From assembly GCA_028715965.1 (NCBI GenBank), contig JAQUQS010000007.1:17644-81643 (forward strand): a DNA stretch of 64,000 nt, read 5' to 3'. Of the stretch, positions 19,001 to 26,519 are shown in pieces. The stretch's first letter is position 1. Every line of letters begins with the position of its first letter. This stretch comes from Candidatus Omnitrophota bacterium (lineage in GTDB: Bacteria; Omnitrophota; Gorgyraeia; Tantalellales; Tantalellaceae). Below the pieces are notes generated by a model. The model did not search any database. It was given only the letters and a program-made list of their open reading frames with translations, and was not told the DNA's origin. The translations under genes and the position numbers were made by a program.

Positions 19001-21885
19001 AGATCGCCGTCATACACATAGATCAGTCTCCTGGTCACCTGCGTACCGCATATTACGTCTTTAATAAAGACCGTTTCACCGTTCCCGCCAAAGACAAATG
19101 ATCCCCATGGACTTCCGTCCGGATCGCTTTCATAATAGCGCATGGTGAGTGAAGGTGAGCCGGAAGTCCCGAACACTTTCCTGTATACGGCGTTTTTTTG
19201 ATCATCTATGACCTTGACCGGCAAGAGCACACCCTCGATATATTCCCTGACGATACCCATTTCATCTCCCCCCAGATATTGCTTTTCCCTTACCAGGGTT
19301 CCCGCGGCATCGTAGAAATATTCATACGCCTTGACCAGTCCATCGACAACAGGCTGCTCCGGATCGCTATGATCTATGCTACTGTACAGTTTTTTCCGTT
19401 TGACGAGGTCCGAGCCGGGATAATACTCGTAAACATACCCCATAGCCCCTTCACTGTCGGCGAATATCCTCGCCGAAACATCAACGCGGCCCTGTCCCGA
19501 ACCAAGCCAGTCCTCGTTCATGTAATGATAGTATATGTTCCTGTTATCATCGGATCCCGTTAACGTCTTGGACCGCATCATTCCGGTATCGTTCCAATAT
19601 GTTGTTGTTGCTTTCAAGTACTTGAACTCGGGATTAGCGGGGTCGATCACATTGTCAGTCGGGCTGAAAAGTTCCAGTAGAGACACGTCACCATCCAGGA
19701 AATTCACGATATAAGCGTGCTGGTCACCCGGAGAGATGACCAGGTCTTTCGGGAGATCGCCAACGGGTATGTCCTGCACAAGTTTCGTATTAGTGGACAG
19801 GTCTATTACGGACACGCTATCACCGACGCCATTCGTCACATAAGCGTATTTCCCGTCCGCCGTGATCTCGATGCCTTCGGGCCCGTCTCCCACGGGAATA
19901 TCATTTGTCAGTTTTGTGCGGCTGGCAATATCTATCACCGATACCGTACCTGAATAGTTGTTCACGACGTATAAATAAGCCCCGTCCGGGGTGATCGCGC
20001 TATGACAGGGCCGGTCCCCCACGATAATATCTTCCGCGAGCTTAGTATTGGTGCTGAGATCGATCACCGACACACTGTCGCTACCTCCATTCGTCACATA
20101 GGCATATTCACCGGACGGATCGATCCTGATATGATATGGGGACGATCCTACTTCTATCGTTTTTATCTTTTGTTTCGCCTGAAGATCGACTACCGACACG
20201 GATCCGGCCAACCAATCCACCGTATAGCAATATCTGTCGTCTCCCGTCAACTCCATGGCCCAGGGGTACCTGCCCACCTGGATCGTTTCCGCCAGGACCT
20301 CGTCGTTCTCAAGATCTATTATTCCTATATAATCGTCCCTGCAACTCGTATAGTACGCATACCGCCCGTCACTGCTGATCTTTATGTCCCCGGGGTCCCG
20401 GCCGACATCAAGATCCTCTCCTACCTTTAGTTTTGTCGCCATATCGATCTTGGATATAGTGTTGGCCCCGTAATTCGTAACATACGCGAACCGTGAATCC
20501 GGCGTTATCTCAACGTAACAAGGTAAGTTCCCCATGCTGACATCCATATCGAGGTTCACATTAGTCAATATCTGCCCGCCGTGATAGGCATACGATGTTC
20601 GCGAAACGATCCTATCGGTAGCCCCGTCGTATTCGACCTCATACGCGACGGCCCCGTCGGCATCCGCCTCTTGCGCGACATATTTGTCCATCCTGCCGGA
20701 GGCCTCATTGATATAATGGTAATAGATGTTCCCGTTCTCATCGGGAGCCGAGAATGTTCTACTCTCGATAAACCCCGTATCGGAATAATATGTTACGCTT
20801 TCACCGTCTTTTTCCGTCTTTTCCAGCAATGGCTCATGGGTCGCGCCGGAAACATTCGCGTATTTATAGACCGTATATCCCGTTGGCGCATATGCCCGGG
20901 AGTATCCCTCCTTGATCAAGGCCCCGTTCTGCGAATAATACATATCCTTAATGAGTGCTCCATTTGCATCATATAATTCCACGATCCGGGGAACATCCGA
21001 CCCTTCCCAGAAGGATATGACCTTTTCGACAGAACCGTCCGCGAGAAAGGTCCTGATCACCCTTCCCTGCTGATGGCCATTGTAAGGTTCATCCGAATAT
21101 TCGTAACCTAAATGCCCTTTTGAGTTCGCTTTATCATAATATTTGCCGCTTATTCTTCCCGAAGGGTAATACTCTACGCGATAATTCCTTTCTCCGTTAT
21201 CATCGTAATATTCGGTATCTTGTTTTTTCCCCGTATTTCCGTCATATGTGAACTTGATCCGCTGTATACCTTTGAAATTGAAATATATCTTACTTGTCTT
21301 GAGTCCCTTCTCGTTAAAAGACTCTTTTTTGATCATCTGTCCTGAATGCGCGCTATAATATGTCCTGTCTTTCACGGTACCATTATCATGGTATCTTTCG
21401 CTATAAGATGCCTTGCCCGTCGAGGTGTTATAATACGTGACCTTCCGAGGCTTGCCGTTGTCATTAAATTCTATCCGTTTACACTTTTTCCCAAAATGAT
21501 CATAGCTATCCATCATGGAATAAAACCCGGTCACAAGATCATAATAAAACTCACTTGAAAGTCTTCCATTATTACCGTATTCCACTACGCGTATGCTCTT
21601 TCCATTTTCAGCGCGATAGACTATCCTGGTTCCACCTTTGCCTCTGATCCCGTATCTGGGAGACCACACGATCCTTCCCGCGTCATTATAATAATTGACC
21701 GACCGGGTTTTTGGCCCTAACTCCTGATACAAATATGTATAATAAAACCCCTGGAATAGACCGTACCAACCTGAATTGTACCTTTTAAATAGGTCAATAC
21801 TATCAGCCGATCCAAGACTGGTTATCAGCATTACGCTGACTACCATTAAAGCTATTAAGAGATTATGTTTTGGATATTTTCTCAT
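16084..21885 (-). CDS. Giant secreted/surface protein (1933 aa) with YD/RHS-like repeats, YVTN beta-propeller repeats and a GH5-like (clan GH-A) domain
   Basis: N-terminal signal/TM. Six or more ~40-aa repeats of YAYVTN...SVSVIDL. A segment containing WDVINEPE (the NEP catalytic motif of GH5). Many YY.D.G / Y.YD repeats. Confidence 0.8.
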   Translation of the reverse strand: MRKYPKHNLLIALMVVSVMLITSLGSADSIDLFKRYNSGWYGLFQGFYYTYLYQELGPKTRSVNYYNDAGRIVWSPRYGIRGKGGTRIVYRAENGKSIRVVEYGNNGRLSSEFYYDLVTGFYSMMDSYDHFGKKCKRIEFNDNGKPRKVTYYNTSTGKASYSERYHDNGTVKDRTYYSAHSGQMIKKESFNEKGLKTSKIYFNFKGIQRIKFTYDGNTGKKQDTEYYDDNGERNYRVEYYPSGRISGKYYDKANSKGHLGYEYSDEPYNGHQQGRVIRTFLADGSVEKVISFWEGSDVPRIVELYDANGALIKDMYYSQNGALIKEGYSRAYAPTGYTVYKYANVSGATHEPLLEKTEKDGESVTYYSDTGFIESRTFSAPDENGNIYYHYINEASGRMDKYVAQEADADGAVAYEVEYDGATDRIVSRTSYAYHGGQILTNVNLDMDVSMGNLPCYVEITPDSRFAYVTNYGANTISKIDMATKLKVGEDLDVGRDPGDIKISSDGRYAYYTSCRDDYIGIIDLENDEVLAETIQVGRYPWAMELTGDDRYCYTVDWLAGSVSVVDLQAKQKIKTIEVGSSPYHIRIDPSGEYAYVTNGGSDSVSVIDLSTNTKLAEDIIVGDRPCHSAITPDGAYLYVVNNYSGTVSVIDIASRTKLTNDIPVGDGPEGIEITADGKYAYVTNGVGDSVSVIDLSTNTKLVQDIPVGDLPKDLVISPGDQHAYIVNFLDGDVSLLELFSPTDNVIDPANPEFKYLKATTTYWNDTGMMRSKTLTGSDDNRNIYYHYMNEDWLGSGQGRVDVSARIFADSEGAMGYVYEYYPGSDLVKRKKLYSSIDHSDPEQPVVDGLVKAYEYFYDAAGTLVREKQYLGGDEMGIVREYIEGVLLPVKVIDDQKNAVYRKVFGTSGSPSLTMRYYESDPDGSPWGSFVFGGNGETVFIKDVICGTQVTRRLIYVYDGDLDIETAIDWEAATNMLETGEEITTGTLYEVYLDNFSVYEIIPHFPYGMPDHAGPEYPFTYYDSGRVHTRFECATKAGEFTKAEEATEITYEYADEAFYADKEAGQFLSDLIYYADEPSDLKDFLIGVDPGTLGIRELIAYINANALPENGFTQDDVKGLLISLPLSEPYEAHGRLIKKTFPDGSYTVFEYDGDTDTLLETRTYRIDGALLEKRVAAAGDKEFIGMGNLPWIRYGEGIGVRSVDGWHSGYSRGRSGWENLTGYEELRAGLEKWKDGYVRLFLFADMRAGMMFDANGSFTGFTDFVIQDMETLLNTAKELNIKLIPTLFDYRMADGVESVSDHEHVDLIKDENATAVLLAHFDWFFDEVMKLANYDAIYAWDVINEPEISCEGHLGDITGVTMEEMQVFVRKFVTMIHQKDPEALVTVGSLTKSEMMKYWVSYDNACADGDLSVLDLYQFHYYDSYKYWQGDNTESPDYDKASLNLFGYKNDKMQYFYSPNYLKGKPVIGGEIDPTYVTNKLDTLADHGYDGLLFWDDKGNALDAMDYQALQDWFYGTVYTYYPDTGEIESVRGPDLDDPAYVYFHYDEEGRIDVSILKAGDKYGVKAYTYEYHEGTDIVSVRKGYHTAEYKLDTSIPVLSNPVVTETFDQEGQLLPEETSWEIVYYPESWFMKAYIEDPDTSIKYYLDENWEFRGYGRELMEYYDGIAHVYSVIGDEYQRYGQWEWENIDVTDPHNPVFSGFLRYNGDWNGSSTEYYNPEASDNEKRMKSRTMPKADVCGMVYYHYIDEDIDQAWNTQGAPRADEAHLEATNAKGEIAFKYEYYADSIQPSRVSSYSATSCASNELVAVYEYDMAGKILVSTMYAEANSKGERALEFEYYEGEDDGALHFVYAYSSTDRDPEDLLSIYEYDTEGGIVAIFENGTLDLAGKEDRNAPSGSVSESEILSKYNAILKNRSTFTGYTFKGEEYICGE

Positions 21886-22184
21886 GACCGTTCTCCCGTC
21901 TATGTTATTTCCGTAAAACCACTTACAAAGTGTAAAATTTAGTACATTATTATATCACATTATCCTTCCATATCTTACTTTTTATTTTTACACTGTGCCG
22001 GTTTTATGCAGTTTTGCTTGAACTGTCTATCAGCATTGGACTTATGCTTATACGGAGCATGGGAACATGTAGACAAAAGAAGAAAAACGGACTCTATAAC
22101 CAAAGCGAAATAGGTTTGCGCTTGAAAGACGATTAAAAGCAGTGTAATACTCTATTTGGAAGTGGTACTACAGATGGGGTAAGG

Positions 22185-22565
22185 TCACTCCTTGCCATAA
22201 TATTTTTTAATTCTCTCTCTGTCCTCATTTCCCTTGTCACCTTTGAAATATACCTCAATAAACTCAATTTTATCTTCCTCTTTGAAGTAGGCGTAAATAA
22301 TTCTAATCCCGCTTTTTGCTCCTCTTCCCTTCAATGCCTTACAAGCAAACCTCTTCACCTTGTATATTTCAGGATATTCAATGCCGAGATTGGAGATCCT
22401 CTCTATACCATTTACTTCCTTACCCTTCTTATGTTTCAGTTTCAATGCAACCTTAATAAATGTCTCAATATCATCGTCGAGAGTTCTAAACCTCTTTTTT
22501 AGAGCTTTTAGATCTTTTGCGTACTCAGCAAGATGAACTATTTTATTAAAAATGCTATTCGGCAT
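22185..22565 (-). CDS. RelE/ParE-superfamily toxin (type II TA)
   Basis: 126 aa with the C-terminal IRIIYAYFKEEDKIEFIEVYFKGDK pattern. It overlaps the upstream HTH gene by 11 bp. Confidence 0.55.
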   Translation of the reverse strand: MPNSIFNKIVHLAEYAKDLKALKKRFRTLDDDIETFIKVALKLKHKKGKEVNGIERISNLGIEYPEIYKVKRFACKALKGRGAKSGIRIIYAYFKEEDKIEFIEVYFKGDKGNEDRERIKKYYGKE

Positions 22566-23340
22566 ATTCCCTCACCGAGTAAGGTGCCTTTCTATAGAAC
22601 ACGGATTCATACTCTATAATTTCACCATCCTCTGTAGATTCCCACGGAACATCACCATGTGAGTAGTCACTGATCTGCGTAGCATTCATATCAGATAACC
22701 TGCTATTCAATACATCGTCTATTGTTTCCTTTTCACGCGCGCTCAAAAGAGAAAGATCCGGCTTTCTCAAAGGTAAATACTTTTTCTGTAAATGCTGAAA
22801 ATATTTGTTCTGTACTTTTACCACCTCTTCATTCTCGATCATTTCTTCTACGATTTTTATAAATTCTTTTGGCGTCGGTCCATGATGATTTTTTATATAA
22901 GTAGCACCCATGAGCTGCTCCTCATATTTCTCGTAGAAATTAAAATCCATGAAATATAAAAGCTTGTACAAGACTGTTTCTCCAATATTGGGCTTAGATC
23001 CAACTTTTTCAAGGATATATATCAACACCTCTTTGAATTTTTTCAGATTTTTCTGGGGGACACTGATCCTTATTTCTTCTTTATGTTCTGCCTTCTTCAA
23101 ACTCTTCTCAAAAACAACTTCGATATCCTTTTTGATGTTCAGTAATACATCTGTAGGTATATTGAACACTTTAGCTACTTTAGTAATTTCCTCAGCACTA
23201 ATCTTTCTGTCTCCTGTCTCTATCTGAGAAACGGCCACTCTATTCACTCCAAGTTTTTTAGCTAACTCTTCCTGGGACAACCCCATTCTTTCTCTTATCT
23301 TTTTAATTTTTATCCCAAGATCTTTATAAAATCTATCCAT
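22555..23340 (-). CDS. HTH XRE-family regulator with C-terminal Panacea/DUF4065-like domain (antitoxin)
   Basis: N-terminal LSQEELAKKLGVNRVAVSQIETG helix-turn-helix. The C-terminal ~150 aa resembles phage-associated Panacea domains. Confidence 0.6.
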   Translation of the reverse strand: MDRFYKDLGIKIKKIRERMGLSQEELAKKLGVNRVAVSQIETGDRKISAEEITKVAKVFNIPTDVLLNIKKDIEVVFEKSLKKAEHKEEIRISVPQKNLKKFKEVLIYILEKVGSKPNIGETVLYKLLYFMDFNFYEKYEEQLMGATYIKNHHGPTPKEFIKIVEEMIENEEVVKVQNKYFQHLQKKYLPLRKPDLSLLSAREKETIDDVLNSRLSDMNATQISDYSHGDVPWESTEDGEIIEYESVFYRKAPYSVREYAE

Positions 23341-23556
23341 AAATTATACCCCCTTGTTATATTAAGTTTAACATATGTTGGTTTTTATGTCAATGCGTTG
23401 TTGTGTTATCTAACATACGACCGCCACACCACCCCCTTTTTGGGGTCTCGCCCGGGTGCGAGGCTAAAGGTCACACAACCTTAAGATAATATTCCCATCT
23501 GTTTCGCGTCAGACATTAGCTAACTATTATCTTACATATGGGGGAAGGAGGCCGTT

Positions 23557-23634
23557 ATGGGGTTTATGGTCGAGAAATTAGAGGAAATAGCTAAAATGTT
23601 AACGGGTCTAATAAAAAGTACCGACACTAAGTAA
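23557..23634 (+). CDS. Small ORF (25 aa) with strong RBS, hypothetical
   Basis: GGAAGGAGG lies 6 nt upstream of the ATG. It encodes MGFMVEKLEEIAKMLTGLIKSTDTK and is followed by a terminator hairpin at ~23720..23752. Confidence 0.3.
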   Translation: MGFMVEKLEEIAKMLTGLIKSTDTK

Positions 23635-23753
23635 GATTACTGATCAATATTCGTTAGTCGTTAGTCGACCGCATTCACGGCTACTTGCGGATCTCGACTT
23701 ACAAATGCTCTGTTAAATAAAAAACCAGGGGAGTGTACCCTGGTTTTTTATTT

Positions 23754-23996
23754 AACTGGTGAGCCGCCCTCGACGCGGAGGTCTCGGCACCCGCTCGCAC
23801 ATTTCGTGTTCGCTTGCCTTGGTCGCTCAGGGCTACAATGCTCCTACTCGTCTCATTGTCCACGCCCTTCTCGACACTTCCTCGGCCATTACGGCCTCGG
23901 TCGGACTCGGGGCTTTACATCTAAAGCTTATTCCCCTTCGCCTTCGTTATCTTACCATTAAAAAAGGAGACATCCTCTCGGAATGTCTCCTTTTTT
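23754..23996 (+). repeat. Repeat family copy 2 (243 bp unit including 3' terminator hairpin)
   Basis: It starts aactggtgagccgccc and ends with the hairpin aaaaaaggagacatcctctcggaatgtctcctttttt. Confidence 0.9.
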
Positions 23997-24240
23997 AAAG
24001 TGGTGAGCCGGCCTCGACGCGGAGGTCTCGGCGCCCGCTCGCACATTTTGTGTTCGCTTGCCTTGGTCGCTCAGGGCTACAATGCTCCTACTCGTCTCAT
24101 TGTCCACGCCCTTCTCGACACTTCCTCGGCCATTACGGCCTCGGTCGGACTCGGGGCTTTACATCTAAAGCTTATTCCCCTTCGCCTTCGTTATCTTACC
24201 ATTAAAAAAGGAGACATCCTCTCGGAATGTCTCCTTTTTT
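23997..24240 (+). repeat. Repeat family copy 3 (244 bp), tandem to copy 2
   Basis: Near-identical to copy 2 with a few substitutions. A fourth partial start aaagtggtgag follows at 24241. Confidence 0.9.
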
Positions 24241-24524
24241 AAAGTGGTGAGGGGGGCGGGGGTATAGGACCAATTTATCTCTCTTCTGAGGAGCTAATTA
24301 ACGGGTGTTTACTATACGGTTAAATGCCCCATTTAACGGGATTCCCTATATAGATGGCTATTCAGAGATATGTTTCGAGGTGAATATAGCTACTTCAAGA
24401 TGGACTCGAACTATTATTTTGTCCAATTTGTCCGGGGTTTAAGGATCTTGTTTACGATAACTTTATATCAATAAATGTGTTAGGTTGTGTCCAAGCTGTT
24501 TAGGCGGACATGGTAGGCCTTATC

Positions 24525-25025
24525 TCAAATGACGTTATCATTTTGAGCATCTACAACAAACTTTTTTAGTTCTTCTAAATATTTTGTAGATAATGTCAGT
24601 ATATCTTCTTTCCCTGGATAGTCAGTAAACTCAAATTTGCTTGTTTTTGTGTTCGGGTTTACTTTCTCTGCTTTTTTACTGGGTGTGAAATACTTTTTCT
24701 CTTTTTTATCAACAACCAACTTTGTGCCAATAATAGAAATCGTAAGGTTAACATCTCTAGTTATTGGGACACTCTGTTCATGTATATTAAAATTCCTTTT
24801 ATCTCTGAAATACCCCATATATTGAGTATTACTTATATAGCTCTCATACCATCTTTCCTTTTGCCTTCTCCTAGCCTCTTCTAGTAGATACTGTGCAGTT
24901 GATCTTGAACTTGTCAAAAAAGCACTGAGATTAAATCTGAATTCTTCAGGCTTTTCTGAACACGCTCCCATCTGCCTTAAAAAATAAGATGCTTCCCTTA
25001 TCTTTGAAATTACATGTCCCCTCAT
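24525..25025 (-). CDS. Hypothetical protein, possible HEPN-like (Rx4H)
   Basis: 166 aa containing KRNFNIHE. The HEPN assignment is weak. Confidence 0.35.
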   Translation of the reverse strand: MRGHVISKIREASYFLRQMGACSEKPEEFRFNLSAFLTSSRSTAQYLLEEARRRQKERWYESYISNTQYMGYFRDKRNFNIHEQSVPITRDVNLTISIIGTKLVVDKKEKKYFTPSKKAEKVNPNTKTSKFEFTDYPGKEDILTLSTKYLEELKKFVVDAQNDNVI

Positions 25026-25035
25026 AATAATTCAT

Positions 25036-25431
25036 CTACCCCATCTTCCTATCTGATCCATTTTCATTCAACCCCTCAAGGCTTTTATAAGAATATGCTA
25101 CCGAAATGGTAACTTTAAATCCTTTTGGGATTCCCCCATATTCCCCTGCTGGTTTGGCTAAATCAAAATAGCTACCCTTTATCATCTCAGTTACTTTTCT
25201 TACAACCTGTGGGTCCCCAAGATATTTCGCTATGGCCTGCCTTATTTCTTTTGGCGGCAGTGGTTGTCTTTTATATTCAGCTTTTCCAGAAGCCATGTCA
25301 AAGTTGCCTAGTTTTTTACTTCCTTTCCAAATTTCAACATGCGGGGATGGAGTTCTTCCACAAACATGGTCATCTTTTCTAAAAGTTATTCTATATCTAC
25401 CGTATTGCCTCTCCAATGGACCATTGTTCAT
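25036..25431 (-). CDS. Hypothetical protein, DUF4160-like
   Basis: 131 aa. The N-terminal RITFRKDDHVCGRTPSPHVEIWKG resembles the DUF4160 pattern (H..PPH.H). Confidence 0.4.
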   Translation of the reverse strand: MNNGPLERQYGRYRITFRKDDHVCGRTPSPHVEIWKGSKKLGNFDMASGKAEYKRQPLPPKEIRQAIAKYLGDPQVVRKVTEMIKGSYFDLAKPAGEYGGIPKGFKVTISVAYSYKSLEGLNENGSDRKMG

Positions 25432-25452
25432 CTGTTTTTCCTTTCACACGTA

Positions 25453-25989
25453 TTACACAAACACAAGTTCATTATCTGCAATTTTTTGCCCCCCGTGAAA
25501 AATACTCCATCTAGCGTTTTCTCTATCTCTTCCAATAATAACGTGAAATCCATATTTATACCCATATTGTGATGTCATTACTTCTAAATTATTATAATCC
25601 TTAGCTATATTTCCAGAACTACAATTGTTCCATTTTTTAATCTCAAAACAAAGAAAATCATTGCTTCCACCTAAAATACGTCGGTGAATAATAATATCAA
25701 CAAATCTACCTGTTGTAGATCCATCTGGATTCGGAATAATCTTTCCATGACGCTCCATTATTTCTATCGGCACTCCTTTCTCATCATATATTATTTCCCA
25801 AGAAGAATTAAAGTCACAATCTACATGGTAAGAATCAAATTGCAACTGCAAATAATGTGCTAACCGGAAGGTTAGGCATCGCTCGCCAACCCCTTGCCCA
25901 TAATTTCGTTCAAATAAAAAAGCGTCTTCTCCATATAATCGCATTAAAGCTTCTCTTATTTGTCGTTTAATTACATTTATATTACTCAT
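25453..25989 (-). CDS. Hypothetical protein with PD-(D/E)xK-like motif
   Basis: 178 aa. FVDIIIH ... FLCFEIKKW gives a D...ExK arrangement. Confidence 0.4.
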   Translation of the reverse strand: MSNINVIKRQIREALMRLYGEDAFLFERNYGQGVGERCLTFRLAHYLQLQFDSYHVDCDFNSSWEIIYDEKGVPIEIMERHGKIIPNPDGSTTGRFVDIIIHRRILGGSNDFLCFEIKKWNNCSSGNIAKDYNNLEVMTSQYGYKYGFHVIIGRDRENARWSIFHGGQKIADNELVFV

Positions 25990-26007
25990 CCTTATACTCT
26001 CCGGCTT

Positions 26008-26466
26008 TTATGATTCTTTCAGATACAGTATCAACAAAAAAACCAAGGCTCCAACGACAACCCCGGCCCAAAACTTATCAATTTTTATTCTTTCGGCCAC
26101 ATTCTCAATGGCTTTATGTAATTTTTCCGGCGCCTGTTTAATATCAATTGCTTGGTGCCTATCTATCCATCCGGGTAATTCTTCGGGGCTTATGTCTATC
26201 AACAAAGGTACTATCGTTTTTTGCTGAACAAGCGCGCCGCCTAACTCTTGTTGCACTGCCTTGGAGTCGCAAGATATTTTTGACGCCAAGAAAAACACCC
26301 ACTTTGCTTCCCTTAACTTTTCAAATATCACCTCTGTCCATCTTTCTCCAGGCTCTATAGATATCCCTGCCATAAATGTCTCTATTCCTGCTCGAGTCAT
26401 AGCATAATGCAATTTTTCTGCCATCTCTTTATCTTCCACCGCATAACTGATAAAAGAATTAACCAT
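26008..26466 (-). CDS. TIR-domain protein with C-terminal transmembrane helix
   Basis: FISYAVEDKEMAEKL...AGIETFM...KWVFFLASKISCDSKAVQQELGGAL fits the bacterial TIR pattern with a putative catalytic Glu. The C-terminus FWAGVVVGALVFLLILYL is hydrophobic. The start was set at the Met preceded by an AAGGAGG Shine-Dalgarno. Confidence 0.7.
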   Translation of the reverse strand: MVNSFISYAVEDKEMAEKLHYAMTRAGIETFMAGISIEPGERWTEVIFEKLREAKWVFFLASKISCDSKAVQQELGGALVQQKTIVPLLIDISPEELPGWIDRHQAIDIKQAPEKLHKAIENVAERIKIDKFWAGVVVGALVFLLILYLKES

Positions 26467-26519
26467 CAATATCCTCCTTATTCTGAACACTATATATTGT
26501 ACCACTTTACATATAATTG

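Noticed and set aside
23754-24240. Repeat unit as tmRNA, SRP RNA or RNase P RNA
   Set aside because: The minus-strand version ends in GGCGGCUCACCA, like a tRNA or tmRNA 3' end. However, there is no canonical T-loop, no tag-peptide reading frame, and no conserved SRP (GGAAGCAGCC) or RNase P motifs. A multicopy tandem arrangement would be atypical for these RNAs.
26008-26466. Calling the TIR cluster a Thoeris system
   Set aside because: No SIR2/SLOG or Macro-domain ThsA-like gene is present in the neighbourhood.
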